Assembly: GCA_965224705.1 (NCBI GenBank)
Contig: OZ245056.1
Coordinates: 1,920,001-1,984,000 of the forward strand
From: Spirochaetaceae bacterium
Lineage (GTDB): Bacteria; Spirochaetota; Spirochaetia; DSM-2461
Direction of reading: 5' to 3'
Length of the DNA stretch: 64,000 nucleotides
The notes below the pieces were generated by a model. It was not told where the DNA came from. It did no database searches and saw nothing but the letters and a program-made list of their open reading frames with translations. Positions within the stretch are counted from its first letter, which is position 1. Each line of letters starts with the position of its first letter. Below, piece by piece: positions 1-10,405 of the stretch. The position numbers and the translations under genes were made by a program.

Positions 1-10
1 AGAGGTCGAT

Positions 11-328
11 ATGTATACAGCCACAATGCTCTATCCAGTGAGCATTGATTCCATGAAGGAATTTGTGAAAATCTGGAATGACAGAGTTCTAAAACTTGCA
101 ATGAAGCAGCCCGGGTTTATCCGCATGCAATTAATATCCCGCAGGGGAGAAGTTCTGGCGATGGGGACCTGGAAGGATAAGGAATCCGCAGAAAAATTCA
201 TGGCCATGGGTCCATTCAAGCATCTCATGGATGAGGCAAAACTTCTTCTGACCAGTAATCCGACTCCAACTGTCTGGGAACTGGAATCGTTTTGTGAGAT
301 TCAGGAAGACTCTGAAAATCAATCCTGA
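11..328 (+). CDS. Antibiotic biosynthesis monooxygenase (ABM)-like small protein
   Basis: 105 aa, GAGG RBS before ATG; 'MKQPGFIRMQL...MGTWKDKESAEKF' resembles the ABM/dimeric alpha-beta barrel pattern. Confidence 0.6.
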   Translation: MYTATMLYPVSIDSMKEFVKIWNDRVLKLAMKQPGFIRMQLISRRGEVLAMGTWKDKESAEKFMAMGPFKHLMDEAKLLLTSNPTPTVWELESFCEIQEDSENQS

Positions 329-449
329 TTCGCCCGCCTCTCCGCAGGAAAGTACATGCAGATCCCTGTTGTCTTACACTGGAAAATCTTCCCAGAATAC
401 TGAAAAAAGTTTCAGATAGAAAATCTGTCAGACTGGACATCATTTCAAT

Positions 450-484
450 TGGCGGCTAACCTTTTTTGGGATGGTTAACTGTCA
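450..484. promoter_or_regulatory. Candidate biotin-regulator (BirA-like) operator upstream of bioY
   Basis: Imperfect inverted repeat TGGCGGCTAACC-N11-GGTTAACTGTCA (9/12 match) about 80 bp upstream of bioY; spacer slightly shorter than canonical BirA boxes. Confidence 0.3.
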
Positions 485-565
485 GTCGGCAGGTCAGAAA
501 ACTCAATTCTCAATACCCTCAGAGAATCATCACAACCAATAACCGGGAATATCTCAGGAGTGTAT

Positions 566-1129
566 ATGAAAGATACGACAGTTCGATCCGTTGTTATGGT
601 TTCCGTTTTCACGGCTCTCATCATAGTTGGTGCCATCTTCAGTTTCCCGGCTCCCTGGAATCCTGCTGTACCGCTCACCCTTGCCACCCTGTTTGTAATT
701 CTATCCGGTATGATTCTGGGTCCATGGCTCGGTGCGGCTTCAACAGGTCTCTACCTCTTTCTGGGCATCGTGGGACTGCCGGTATTTGCTGGAGGAACAG
801 GTGGAGCCCAGATCATAGCAGGGCCCACCGGTGGATTTCTTTTTGGTTATGTCCTTGCCGCTGCTGCAGCCGGCATGATTGTGCGTATAAATAAGTCCCT
901 GCCTGTTCTGATCATTGCGGCCCTGGCGGGCACTGTTTCCATTTACCTCCCTGGATTCCCCTGGATGCATTGGCGTCTTATAGGTATGGTTGAAGATTGG
1001 TCCTGGGTTTCCAGCTGGACAAAATACACCCTGCCCTTTCTTGCCGGTGATGGAGTAAAAGCTATTGCCGCCGTGGCTGTTACCCATTTACTCAGGGATA
1101 GAATCCATACCCGAACAGAGAATGGGTGA
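566..1129 (+). CDS. bioY: Biotin ECF transporter S component BioY
   Basis: AGGAG RBS; 'VPLTL...LFLGIVGLPVFAGG.GG...GPTGGFLFGY...PFLAGD.VK' BioY motifs. Confidence 0.92.
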   Translation: MKDTTVRSVVMVSVFTALIIVGAIFSFPAPWNPAVPLTLATLFVILSGMILGPWLGAASTGLYLFLGIVGLPVFAGGTGGAQIIAGPTGGFLFGYVLAAAAAGMIVRINKSLPVLIIAALAGTVSIYLPGFPWMHWRLIGMVEDWSWVSSWTKYTLPFLAGDGVKAIAAVAVTHLLRDRIHTRTENG

Positions 1130-1874
1130 CACTTCTCTTCTCCAGATACGAAATCTCTCCCATCGTTTTTCAAACGGATTTCTGGGATTGAACAACGTGT
1201 CCATGGATATTGATCACGGCGATTTCATGGTTCTGGCCGGGCCGAATGGCAGCGGTAAAACTGTATTGATGCGCCATTTAAATGGCCTGGCCCTTCCCAC
1301 TTCCGGTGAAGTATTGTTTGAGAAAGTACCTGTTTCTGCTGACCTCAGACGCGCCCGGAGGAGCATTGGACTTGTTTTTCAGGATGCTGACGCCCAGATT
1401 GTGGGTCAAACTGTAGGCAGGGATACAGCTTTCGGACCTGAGAATCTTAAAATGGATAGAAATGAAATATCCAGACGGGTTGAGAAATCCCTTGAAGCCA
1501 CAGGTCTTGCCGGTTTCAATGACAGGCGGCCCCATACCCTCTCCGGAGGCGAAAAGAGGAGGTTGGCGGTGTCTGGAGTCCTTGCCATGCGTCCGCAGAT
1601 TCTGGTCCTTGATGAACCCTTCACCGGACTCGACTGGGATGGCAGTGCCCGCCTTATTGAAGTTCTCACAAGCCTCCATGCTGACGGAACGGCCATCCTT
1701 GTTATTACCCACGATCTTGAAAAGATTCTTGCTCATGCAAACCGTCTGGTTCTGATGAACCTTGGCCGTATCCATGCCGACAGCCATCCTCTGGATTCGA
1801 TAGACAGAGTGGAAGATCTTGGAATTCGAAGACCACGCTGCAAGATTTCTGAAATGACCTGGAAGTACAGATGA
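1122..1874 (+). CDS. ECF transporter ATPase (BioM/EcfA type)
   Basis: Walker A GPNGSGKT, 'GLVFQDAD.QIVG.TV..D.AFGPEN', LSGGEKRR, LDEP; ATG at 1122 overlaps bioY stop. Confidence 0.9.
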   Translation: MGDTSLLQIRNLSHRFSNGFLGLNNVSMDIDHGDFMVLAGPNGSGKTVLMRHLNGLALPTSGEVLFEKVPVSADLRRARRSIGLVFQDADAQIVGQTVGRDTAFGPENLKMDRNEISRRVEKSLEATGLAGFNDRRPHTLSGGEKRRLAVSGVLAMRPQILVLDEPFTGLDWDGSARLIEVLTSLHADGTAILVITHDLEKILAHANRLVLMNLGRIHADSHPLDSIDRVEDLGIRRPRCKISEMTWKYR

Positions 1875-2629
1875 GGGAGATAGATTTTCTCCACTACATT
1901 CCGGGAAACAGCCTGTGGCATAAACACGATCCCCGCTTCAAACTCATGGAGTTGATATTCTGGACTGTCTCCGCCCTGATGGGCTCCATTCCCACTCTGA
2001 TTATGACGGGCATGATTCTCACACTGCTCCACGGGCTGGCTGGAAGCAGAATCAGGAAATTTAGGAAACCCCTGTTTTTCTGGCTGATCATGTCCCTGGC
2101 AATACTGGCTGCTGGCGGTCTTGCCGAACCACAGCCGCCTTTTATTGTTTTTGACTGGCCGACTCCATTCGGCATACCCGGTTTGCTGACCGGAGGACTT
2201 CGCAGCCTGCGGCTTCTGGTTGTATTGATGGCAGGCCAGCTATTGGCATCGACGACAGATCCTGCGGATTTAGCTGATGCCGTTCGCCGAAGTTTTTTTT
2301 TCCTTCCCAGAAGCTGGTCAGGTGTTCTGGCCACAGCTATTACACTTACCCTGACCAGTATTCCCCGGCTGCTGAGTTCAGCCGCCATGATTCAAGATGC
2401 GGCATTCAGCCGGGGGCTTGGCGAGCGAAAATCCATCTTCCGCAGGGCACTCTCCCTCAGCCTTCCTCTCACCACAGAAACTCTCCACCGGGCAGATCTG
2501 ATAACAGAAGCTCTGCTCGCCCGATGCTTCACCTCCAATCCAACACCGGCAATTCTTCATGTGAAACCTGGAGACTGGCTGCTGAGCAGTATGAGCATTC
2601 TTCCTGTTCTCGCATCCCTGCTCTATTGA
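1871..2629 (+). CDS. ECF transporter transmembrane T component (BioN/EcfT type)
   Basis: 'S.WHK.DPRFKL', hydrophobic helices, two xRx motifs (SRG, ARC); ATGA overlap with ATPase. Confidence 0.85.
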   Translation: MREIDFLHYIPGNSLWHKHDPRFKLMELIFWTVSALMGSIPTLIMTGMILTLLHGLAGSRIRKFRKPLFFWLIMSLAILAAGGLAEPQPPFIVFDWPTPFGIPGLLTGGLRSLRLLVVLMAGQLLASTTDPADLADAVRRSFFFLPRSWSGVLATAITLTLTSIPRLLSSAAMIQDAAFSRGLGERKSIFRRALSLSLPLTTETLHRADLITEALLARCFTSNPTPAILHVKPGDWLLSSMSILPVLASLLY

Positions 2630-3687
2630 ACACTGACTTCAAAGACACTGATTGAATGATCTCCAATAAGGAAAATTCGGTTTCCCCTGGCTGTAATGGA
2701 TCTAATGCTTTCAGGCAGGCTGGCTTCAAAAACTGACCGTTCACTGTATGTCAGGATATTCAGCTTCGGCTTTGATGGCCCGGACCTCAATATGGCCAGA
2801 GTATCCGTTTCATCTACTAATGCCCATGCGGCCAGAGTCCCTGGGAGTTCCAACTGCCGATAATCACTGCCATCAGCTTCTACAATCGTGATTGTACCGC
2901 TGGATTCATATACAGCCTGTGAGCTGTCATTGATAAACTGGACCAGCACATTGCGCCGAAAATCCGTGTTTGTATCATGGGAAGTAACCAGATGAAATTC
3001 CTTTTTCTGCTCCGCAAGTAGAATGAACTGCTGTGGATCCAGACCGGAAATCAGGGCAATTTTTGTACCGTCTTCAGACAGAGCACCGCCATATATGGCT
3101 TCAACGCGGCTGCCCCCTGGTCTGAAATCAAGAAGAATTTCACCTGTATCATGGATGAGAACACAATGTCCATCCAATAATCCAATGAGAGTTCTGGCGG
3201 CATGAGCATCAAGAAAAGTAATTTCCGAAATGAACTCACGCTGCCACAGAATTTCACCACTGACAGGATTGACCTTCCATACAATTCCCTTGAAGCTGTT
3301 TATAAGAAATAACAGGCCATTTATTGTATACGGCAATGCAGGAGTCTGCATTTTGAACCGCAGGCGTCCATCAGGTTCCCGAATCTCAACAGTGGAGTCT
3401 TGTTCAACCGCCCACCAGTGATTATCAACAGCAATCGATTCTCCTTCCAGATAATGAACCGGATTCCCCTTCTCATCAAAATACATTGCCCTCTGGCCAA
3501 ATTGAATGCCTGTTTCAGGATGTCCGCCGCTGAGAACAACGGAACTGCTGTTATTATCAAAAACACCCACGGGATGGATGATCATTTCCTGACTGGAAAT
3601 CCGGGGAAACAGAAAAAAGTATCCGGTGAAGACCAATATACTTATAAAAAATATACCCAATTGATTATTGTGCTGCATGAGGTCCAA
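2623..3687 (-). CDS. Exported beta-propeller (PQQ/WD40-like) protein
   Basis: N-terminal hydrophobic anchor; 'VNPVSGEILWQR' PQQ-like repeat; 'RVEAIYGGALSEDG.KIALISGLDPQ'. Confidence 0.6.
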   Translation of the reverse strand: MDLMQHNNQLGIFFISILVFTGYFFLFPRISSQEMIIHPVGVFDNNSSSVVLSGGHPETGIQFGQRAMYFDEKGNPVHYLEGESIAVDNHWWAVEQDSTVEIREPDGRLRFKMQTPALPYTINGLLFLINSFKGIVWKVNPVSGEILWQREFISEITFLDAHAARTLIGLLDGHCVLIHDTGEILLDFRPGGSRVEAIYGGALSEDGTKIALISGLDPQQFILLAEQKKEFHLVTSHDTNTDFRRNVLVQFINDSSQAVYESSGTITIVEADGSDYRQLELPGTLAAWALVDETDTLAILRSGPSKPKLNILTYSERSVFEASLPESIRSITARGNRIFLIGDHSISVFEVSVQ

Positions 3688-3850
3688 ACGGCTATTTATC
3701 AGAAAGAATGATACCGGCCGACAGACCGTCCATCATTCAATCGCCATCTTCGGTACCTCCGCCGATAAAGAGAGACATGCTCGGTATGATGCCCGGCATC
3801 ATAACCATTAATACGCTTCATTGAAGCCTCCTCTTTAACAAAAAACTAAT

Positions 3851-4002
3851 GGGCACCTCTAAAAAACACTCATTCCGTTTCTGGCTTGATCCTTACCACT
3901 GCGCTGCCAGAATGCTCACGCAGCTACGCTCCGCTTCTGCCGCCTTGTATCAGTGAGAAATCTCTGTGTCAGATTCCGAAAGAGGGTTTTTTAGAGGCGC
4001 CT
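3851..4002. mobile_element. MITE-like repeat family A (intact copy)
   Basis: TIRs GGGCACCTCTAAAAAAC / GTTTTTTAGAGGCGCCT, 4-bp TSD TAAT (3847-3850, 4003-4006), non-coding; homologous in reverse to 22710-23545. Confidence 0.85.
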
Positions 4003-4223
4003 TAATGAATCATTATTTTGAAATCTGTCTACATTATCAATAGATTGAATTCCCCTACATTGAAAAACGGCAGAAGGCTGGAAGTAGATTCCAGTTCTTG
4101 AGGCAATCAGTACCCAGAAGTTCAACCCTGTGTCAGATTTTAAACGATACGACTACAATGATCAGCCGATTCCATGGCCTTCAGCTTGTCAAAAAACCGG
4201 TGTTGAATACAATGGATCGAATC

Positions 4224-4871
4224 ATGAATCAACAACCGGGTAAACAAGCTTCCCTGAACCAGATACTGGACCGCCTGCATACCGAGTTTCCCGATCGAAA
4301 ACCATTACTCAGTTATAAAAATGCCTTTCAGCTGCTTATCGCTGTGGCCCTGTCGGCTCAAACCACCGATGCGGCTGTTGAAAAAGTAACCCCGGAGCTA
4401 TTTGCTCAATGGCCTACCCCGGCCAGCCTTGCCAATGCCGACAGGGAAAAACTGGAAGACACGATCCATTCCCTTGGTTTCTACCGCCAGAAGGCGAAAA
4501 ATCTCATGGCAGCCGCAAGACTTCTGGTCGACAAATATAACTCGGAAGTCCCGAAAGAGATGGAAGAACTCACCGAACTCCCCGGCATAGGCCGGAAGAG
4601 TGCCAACGTTATTCGCTGCCATATATGGAATCTTCCGGGTATCATTGTGGACACGCATTTCGGGCGAGTCTGCCGCCGACTTGGTTTGACCCGGCATACT
4701 GACCCCATGAAGGTGGAACGGGAACTCTCCAGTATCATTCCTGTTGAAAGGCAAATGGAGTTCTCCATGACAGCCAATTATCATGGACGGAAATACTGCA
4801 TGTCCCGTAAACCGGACTGCACAGCCTGTCCGCTCAATGATCTTTGTGAGTTCAGGCAACCGGACGCTTAA
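4224..4871 (+). CDS. nth: Endonuclease III
   Basis: LLIAVALSAQTTD, HhH LPGIGRKSAN, VDTH, C-terminal C-x6-C-x2-C-x5-C Fe-S motif; start chosen at ATG 4224. Confidence 0.95.
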   Translation: MNQQPGKQASLNQILDRLHTEFPDRKPLLSYKNAFQLLIAVALSAQTTDAAVEKVTPELFAQWPTPASLANADREKLEDTIHSLGFYRQKAKNLMAAARLLVDKYNSEVPKEMEELTELPGIGRKSANVIRCHIWNLPGIIVDTHFGRVCRRLGLTRHTDPMKVERELSSIIPVERQMEFSMTANYHGRKYCMSRKPDCTACPLNDLCEFRQPDA

Positions 4872-5623
4872 TCAGCCCCATGCAGCAGGATAACAGGCAC
4901 ATTTCTTTCATCGATCCAGACCTCAGCGACAGTTCCGTCAGATGGCCGTATGAACTGGTGCAAACCATGTACCATGGATCCGCTCCATCCTGAATCATCG
5001 GCAATGAGGGGGAGATCGGGAGGATAGGAGGAATACCAGATTCCCGCTGGCAGGGGAAGGCCGATGTCCATGGATGCCTGTTGTGTCATACTATACACCC
5101 AGAGAGAGTCGTCTCGAATATCCTCGGCCAGTTTTCGCCTGTCAAGTTTCCATGGTTGGGCATGGCTTCTTGCTGATACCGTGTCTCTGAAACGGTCAAT
5201 GTTGAGCCTTCGAATATCCACTCCGCCCTGAGCAAGTTCCAGCAGGAACTCCGCTGCAAAGCCATCCAGCCAATTCAGCTCAATTGCTTCATGGACATGG
5301 GCCGTTCCCTGCACGAAACCTGCCGGTTTGCAGTGCCAGAACTGGAAAATACCAGAAAAATGCGGCCATGCAGCCACAATGAGGGGGATTTCCCGGGGGA
5401 TGGAGAGTGATAATTCTCCACTCCCACTCACCTGTGAACTCTTTACTTCACCGGATTCGGCAAGCCAGTGAATTGTCCACGAAGCCTGTTCTGGTATTTC
5501 TGATGCAGCAGGAAACTCCTCGGGCCATTTAACCGGAATATCATCGCTGGCGGAGAACAGGGAACAGGAGGAAAACAGAATGGAAAACACCCCGGCGATT
5601 GATGATACCTGCTTCAATGTCAT
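4868..5623 (-). CDS. Hypothetical lipoprotein
   Basis: Start MTLKQVSSIAGVFSILFSSC, spirochaetal lipobox-like. Confidence 0.6.
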   Translation of the reverse strand: MTLKQVSSIAGVFSILFSSCSLFSASDDIPVKWPEEFPAASEIPEQASWTIHWLAESGEVKSSQVSGSGELSLSIPREIPLIVAAWPHFSGIFQFWHCKPAGFVQGTAHVHEAIELNWLDGFAAEFLLELAQGGVDIRRLNIDRFRDTVSARSHAQPWKLDRRKLAEDIRDDSLWVYSMTQQASMDIGLPLPAGIWYSSYPPDLPLIADDSGWSGSMVHGLHQFIRPSDGTVAEVWIDERNVPVILLHGAD

Positions 5624-5745
5624 ACTGTTTATAACTGTTCCAGAAAGCAGAATAATTGAGAGATCCGATAGTTTTTCATCAGAAGATTTCAGGAGCCCTT
5701 TATTCAGACTTGACCCCGCCTCCAGATCTCCGTAATCATCAATGG

Positions 5746-7041
5746 ATGATAAAGACCATGAACGGCCGACAGCCTGGACAGAATCCCCCCATTGTATCCG
5801 GCAGAATAACAATACCGGCATCGAAATCGCATACAATCAGAGCACTGCTGATTGCTGCATTTGCAGAAGGAGAAAGCCGCCTGCAAAAACCATTGCACTG
5901 CAATGATACATTGAGCTGCCGTGAGGCCATTGAAGCCCTGGGTGCAGAAGTCAGAGATGAGGGAGAAGACTGGTTTGTCCGGGGCTTCGGAAGCAGGCCG
6001 AACGCTGTCCGTTCTCACATAGATGTCGGGAACTCAGGCACGACACTCTACCTGACAGCGGCTCTGGCAGCCCTGTCGGAAAACAGAATCAGTTTTGATG
6101 GGGATCATCAGATCCGCAGGCGTTCAGCCGCACCCCTTCTGGATGCCTTGAAGAATCTGGGGGCCTGTGTTGACTCGGAACAGGCAGGCTGTACCCCATT
6201 TTCAGTTAAGGGTCCCCTATCGCCCGGCAAGACAGAAGTTGATTGTCCTGTCAGTCAATACCTGTCCGGTCTTCTTCTGGCGGTTCCCCTGATTCAGGCT
6301 CCTGGTGGCAATGAGTCGACTCACATCAAGGTCAGCAGTCTTAACGAAGCTCCCTATGTGGACATAACACTGGATTGGCTTGACTTCCAGGGGATTGAGT
6401 ATAAGAGACAGGATTGGGCATGGTTTCAGATACCGGCAGGTCAGCAGTATCGAAGTTTTGACAGAATGATTCCTGGAGACTGGTCGTCGGCGACATTTTT
6501 TCTTGCCGCTGCGGCGATCAGCGGCGGGACACTCATCCTGGACGGCGTTGATGTCCATGACTCTCAGGGAGACAGGGCTGTTCTGGATATGCTGAAATCG
6601 ATGGGATGTGAATGGGAAGAAGTTCCAGGTGGTGTGATGCTGAAAGGTCAACCCCTGACGGGATGTACGATTGATTTGAACTCGACTCCGGATGCCCTGC
6701 CGGCCATGGCCGTTACAGCCTCCTTCGCTCAGGGGGAAACCCGGCTGATCAATGTTCCCCAGGCTCGTGTGAAGGAAACCGACCGCATTGCCATTATGGC
6801 CGCCGAACTCCGTAAACTTGGTGTCACTGTAGAAGAACTTGCCGATGGGATGGTTATTCAAGGGACTCGAAATCCATCCTTTCCATCCTGTGTGTTAAAT
6901 GGGCATGGGGATCACAGAGTTGTCATGGCTCTGGCCCTGGCATCTTCTGGATGTGTTGGAAATCTATCGATTGAAGAGGCAGAAGCGGTGAATGCTACTT
7001 TCCCGGATTTTTTCAGCCTGATGGAACAGGCACTGAAGTAG
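5746..7041 (+). CDS. aroA: 3-phosphoshikimate 1-carboxyvinyltransferase (EPSP synthase)
   Basis: PASKSHTIR, DVGNSGTT, SQYLSGLL, RVKETDRI, DHRVVMA, TFPDFF. Confidence 0.95.
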   Translation: MIKTMNGRQPGQNPPIVSGRITIPASKSHTIRALLIAAFAEGESRLQKPLHCNDTLSCREAIEALGAEVRDEGEDWFVRGFGSRPNAVRSHIDVGNSGTTLYLTAALAALSENRISFDGDHQIRRRSAAPLLDALKNLGACVDSEQAGCTPFSVKGPLSPGKTEVDCPVSQYLSGLLLAVPLIQAPGGNESTHIKVSSLNEAPYVDITLDWLDFQGIEYKRQDWAWFQIPAGQQYRSFDRMIPGDWSSATFFLAAAAISGGTLILDGVDVHDSQGDRAVLDMLKSMGCEWEEVPGGVMLKGQPLTGCTIDLNSTPDALPAMAVTASFAQGETRLINVPQARVKETDRIAIMAAELRKLGVTVEELADGMVIQGTRNPSFPSCVLNGHGDHRVVMALALASSGCVGNLSIEEAEAVNATFPDFFSLMEQALK

Positions 7042-7045
7042 TATT

Positions 7046-7858
7046 ATGCGGAAGTGCATTGCGTTGCTCATGCTGCTGGCAGGAATAATGCTCAGTGCTC
7101 AGGAGACTCTCATGGATGTACTCCCCTCCCTGGCCGATGCGGATATAAGGACATTGCTGGAGAAGGAACAGCTGCTTCGTTTCCATGGAGAGGGGGTCTC
7201 TCCCAACCTGCTTCCGGATACTCAGATCTCGGCCAATATTGCAAGGCAACTGAGTGGAGGCGATCTGAACCTGGGAATAGAGGGACTTTTTTACATAAAA
7301 TCGGATGCGATGCCCTCCGGGTATACATCCCTGCCCCGGGAAGAAAGAACTCTGAGACTGTACAATATACTGCGGTCAGTCAGCACACTGACCGGTTTGG
7401 AGTACTACTCTGCATCGCGGAAAAAGATGCGTCTGCTCTTTGAGGAATCCTGGGTGATTCCCCGGTTAACGTCTCCCCGAACCTCCCTTCCCGATCCCCT
7501 GGTTCGAACTGTTCCTGCACAGGAGAGCATCTTCATTCACCAGAAGGACAGGAGCTTTGCAACACATGAATCCATCATCACCTACCTGGCTCATGAGGGA
7601 GTACTCTCGGCCGCCATCATTAATCAAACGCCTCTGAGATACAAAGGACTTATCCGGGTTGTGAACCCGGGGAATATGCAAACCCACCTCATAGTTATTC
7701 CCGTTGAAGAGGGCTTGCTCATGTATGGGACTATTTCAGCAAAGACAAAGGATGTGAAGCTGTTTCTCAGCAGGGCGGAAGCCTCGTTCACAAACAGGGT
7801 TATCGCTCTGACCGGTTGGTACAGAACACGCTTGCAGGAAGAATTCAGCGAGCAATAG
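7046..7858 (+). CDS. Exported DUF6675-like (Treponema TP0183-like) protein
   Basis: Signal peptide; 'YNILRSVSTLTGLEYYSASRKKMRLLFEES...Q.D.SF...SFTNRV.AL..W'. Confidence 0.6.
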   Translation: MRKCIALLMLLAGIMLSAQETLMDVLPSLADADIRTLLEKEQLLRFHGEGVSPNLLPDTQISANIARQLSGGDLNLGIEGLFYIKSDAMPSGYTSLPREERTLRLYNILRSVSTLTGLEYYSASRKKMRLLFEESWVIPRLTSPRTSLPDPLVRTVPAQESIFIHQKDRSFATHESIITYLAHEGVLSAAIINQTPLRYKGLIRVVNPGNMQTHLIVIPVEEGLLMYGTISAKTKDVKLFLSRAEASFTNRVIALTGWYRTRLQEEFSEQ

Positions 7859-7949
7859 TGTGCTGCACCAGGAATTGACTGTTTGCTCCTCAGGCTGTTT
7901 TTCAATTGAATCTTCTCCCACTTCTTGCCGTAATATTGAAACCTTTCGG

Positions 7950-8332
7950 AGTGTCAGAAAGCTTGTAGAGGTCTAATCCTATTTTATCCCGGTCAGGTGA
8001 AGATTCTTGATCAGAATAGTGGTTTTATACTATTTCTACTGGAATTTGAGAAGTTAGAGTTTTATATAATTCGGATCCATACCGAGATGGAAGCTTGTAA
8101 TTGTTTTTCTATATGGTATTATCTGCACTAGGAGCCTGTCGGATTTACGTCTCACGGCTCGATTTTTGCCCTTTTTCCCTGCTGCTGCGTTGCCAAAATA
8201 CTCACGTAGCCCAGCTACGCTCCGTTTTTGTCGCCTTGCATCAGGAAAAAATCATCAAAAATCGCCTCGAAGCCTTAAAATCCGACAGACTCCTAGATGG
8301 GGTCACTGCCCATTAACAAGCTTCCTGACGCT
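7950..8332. mobile_element. MITE-like repeat family C with a nested family B element
   Basis: Ends AGTGTCAGAAAGCTTGT / ACAAGCTTCCTGACGCT; same ends at 55901-56013. Confidence 0.65.
8131..8293. mobile_element. MITE-like repeat family B
   Basis: TIRs GGAGCCTGTCGGA / TCCGACAGACTCC, flanked by TA in CTAG context; closely similar copy at 59747-59909. Confidence 0.85.
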
Positions 8333-8362
8333 AAGAAATTTTTTTCACAGGAGAAAATCATT

Positions 8363-8947
8363 ATGAATTTAACAATTACATTGCAGGAGAGGAATTCCCG
8401 AGGGGAACTCCTTCTGCGAACACTATTTGGATGGATTTACATCCTGGTGCCTCATCTCTTTCTTCTCGTTTTTATTTCGATATGGAATTCCATCCTGGAT
8501 TTCGTAAAGTTCTGGGTTGTGTTGTTTACTGGCAAGATCCCCCAGAGTATCTATGAATTTCAGAAGAAACTATGGCAGTGGAAAATCCGCCTCATGGCTT
8601 CAGTACTCAATATGCGCGACGGTTACCCGGCCATTGGCATAGGCGCAAATAATCCGGATGCCACTATAGAGTTTGAGAATCCGGAAAAGGTGAGCCGCAG
8701 CCTTGTGTTGATTAGAGTCCTGTTCGGTTCAATCTATGTTGGCTTCCCTCATGGGATTCTTTTAAGCATCATTGGAATCGCTGTCAATTTCGTCGTTTTC
8801 ATTTCCTGGTGGATTATTCTTTTTGCGGGTGTATTTCCCTCGAATATGCATGACTTCCTGATGTACTATATCCGATGGAGTATCAGAGTGGAGCTCTACA
8901 TGTCTTACTACAGTGATGATTACCCTCCATTCCATGGCCGTGAGTAG
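8363..8947 (+). CDS. DUF4389-like membrane protein
   Basis: Internally duplicated 'SR..LL.R.LFG.IY...PH...W..LF.G..P....F......W..R...Y......YP' halves; AGGAG RBS. Confidence 0.8.
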   Translation: MNLTITLQERNSRGELLLRTLFGWIYILVPHLFLLVFISIWNSILDFVKFWVVLFTGKIPQSIYEFQKKLWQWKIRLMASVLNMRDGYPAIGIGANNPDATIEFENPEKVSRSLVLIRVLFGSIYVGFPHGILLSIIGIAVNFVVFISWWIILFAGVFPSNMHDFLMYYIRWSIRVELYMSYYSDDYPPFHGRE

Positions 8948-8964
8948 CCGACAGGGAGCTAACC

Positions 8965-9462
8965 ATGAATGAAGGAACAACGATTACATTGCCGCAGCCC
9001 GAGGAAATAAGCCGCCGAGAGAAAGAAGATGCCATGGGTGCCTATTTCATGATGTTTGCGGCCTGGGGTATGGGTTTACCCTTCCCGTTTCTTAATCTGG
9101 TCGCCGCATTCATTTATTATGGACTACACAGAAGAAAATCCCGATTTGTAGCCTTCCATGCCCTTCAATCACTCACTTCCCAGTTTCCGGTTACGGCTGT
9201 CAACGCTGGACTCCTCTTCTGGTTACTTCGGACTATTGTCAAAGAACATTCCTACAGCCAGGAGTTTTGGGCATACACAGCATTCGCCATTATGCTGAAT
9301 CTGGCCTATATCATCACTTCCCTGGTGGCTCTGACCAGAGCATACAAAGGCAATTTCTTTTATTTTCCAATCTTCGGGCGGTGGGCATTCAATCGGTGGT
9401 ACGGGGCAAATTCCTCATCCAGGGAAAATGTGCCGCCCAAACCAAATCTTCCACCACGCTGA
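8965..9462 (+). CDS. DUF4870-like membrane protein
   Basis: 'SRFVAFHALQS...AYKGNFFYFPIFG' pattern. Confidence 0.7.
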   Translation: MNEGTTITLPQPEEISRREKEDAMGAYFMMFAAWGMGLPFPFLNLVAAFIYYGLHRRKSRFVAFHALQSLTSQFPVTAVNAGLLFWLLRTIVKEHSYSQEFWAYTAFAIMLNLAYIITSLVALTRAYKGNFFYFPIFGRWAFNRWYGANSSSRENVPPKPNLPPR

Positions 9463-10307
9463 TGATGGGATTTCGTCCGTCTGTTCTCTGGCTCAAAGAT
9501 GCTGCTATATTAGCGGCAGTTTTGCTTCTTATGGCAGCAGCAGGTTTGGGCTTTTCTCGACTAATGGAGAGAGGGCAGGTTCCTGGAGAAACCTTCATAG
9601 ATAAAACGATACAATCCTTCCTCGACTCCATAGAGACTTCCATCCGTGCCGTGTCGGATATACGCAATGATTCGGAAATTAGACATCTTGTAACCGTATT
9701 GCAAAACCGCCTCGGGACTGGCCTTGCAGAAATGGAGCCTGATTTGAAAATATCGGATATCCGGGTTCTGGTCGTGGAATCCGATGCAGTCAATGCTCTG
9801 GCCTTACCCGGAAATCTGATAATCCTCTTTACCGGTCTTATCAAGCATATGGACAATCCGGAAAATCTTGCCAGTATACTGGCCCACGAAATAGGGCACT
9901 GTGTCAATAATGATTCTCGCAATGCCCTGCTGCGGGATCTGGGGATCTCGTTATTAACCGGAGTCACCGGAACAGGAAATGTTGATAGAGTGGCCGGAGA
10001 ACTTTTCCGTGGTGCTGTTCGTTTGAACTATGGTCGGAAAGCCGAGAAGAGGGCCGATCATTTCGCTGTCGATCTCCTTGCGGCCTCAAGAATAGATCCT
10101 TTTTCTTTTGTTGATGCTCTAAGAAGCCTTGAAAATCTTTCAAATGCCCCGGAATGGTCTCAATATATAGACGAACATCCACGGATGGAGAAGCGTATAA
10201 GAGACGCACAGCGCCGGGGTGAAATGGCCTCCCTGTACCGGAAAGAGTTTACCCCCATTGCCATCGACTGGCTTGCCATCCAGGAAGCCCTTGATTATTC
10301 GGAATGA
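9462..10307 (+). CDS. M48 family zinc metallopeptidase
   Basis: VNALALPG, LAHEIGH (HExxH), E.RAD, HP...R; TGATG coupling with the upstream gene. Confidence 0.85.
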   Translation: MMGFRPSVLWLKDAAILAAVLLLMAAAGLGFSRLMERGQVPGETFIDKTIQSFLDSIETSIRAVSDIRNDSEIRHLVTVLQNRLGTGLAEMEPDLKISDIRVLVVESDAVNALALPGNLIILFTGLIKHMDNPENLASILAHEIGHCVNNDSRNALLRDLGISLLTGVTGTGNVDRVAGELFRGAVRLNYGRKAEKRADHFAVDLLAASRIDPFSFVDALRSLENLSNAPEWSQYIDEHPRMEKRIRDAQRRGEMASLYRKEFTPIAIDWLAIQEALDYSE

Positions 10308-10405
10308 AATCCGGGACTTGAATCAATGCTGGAAAACCAGTACAATGCCATTCATATAATTTTTTATTATTTACAAAGATGAATAATTCACCAAGGAGGC
10401 CTTCA

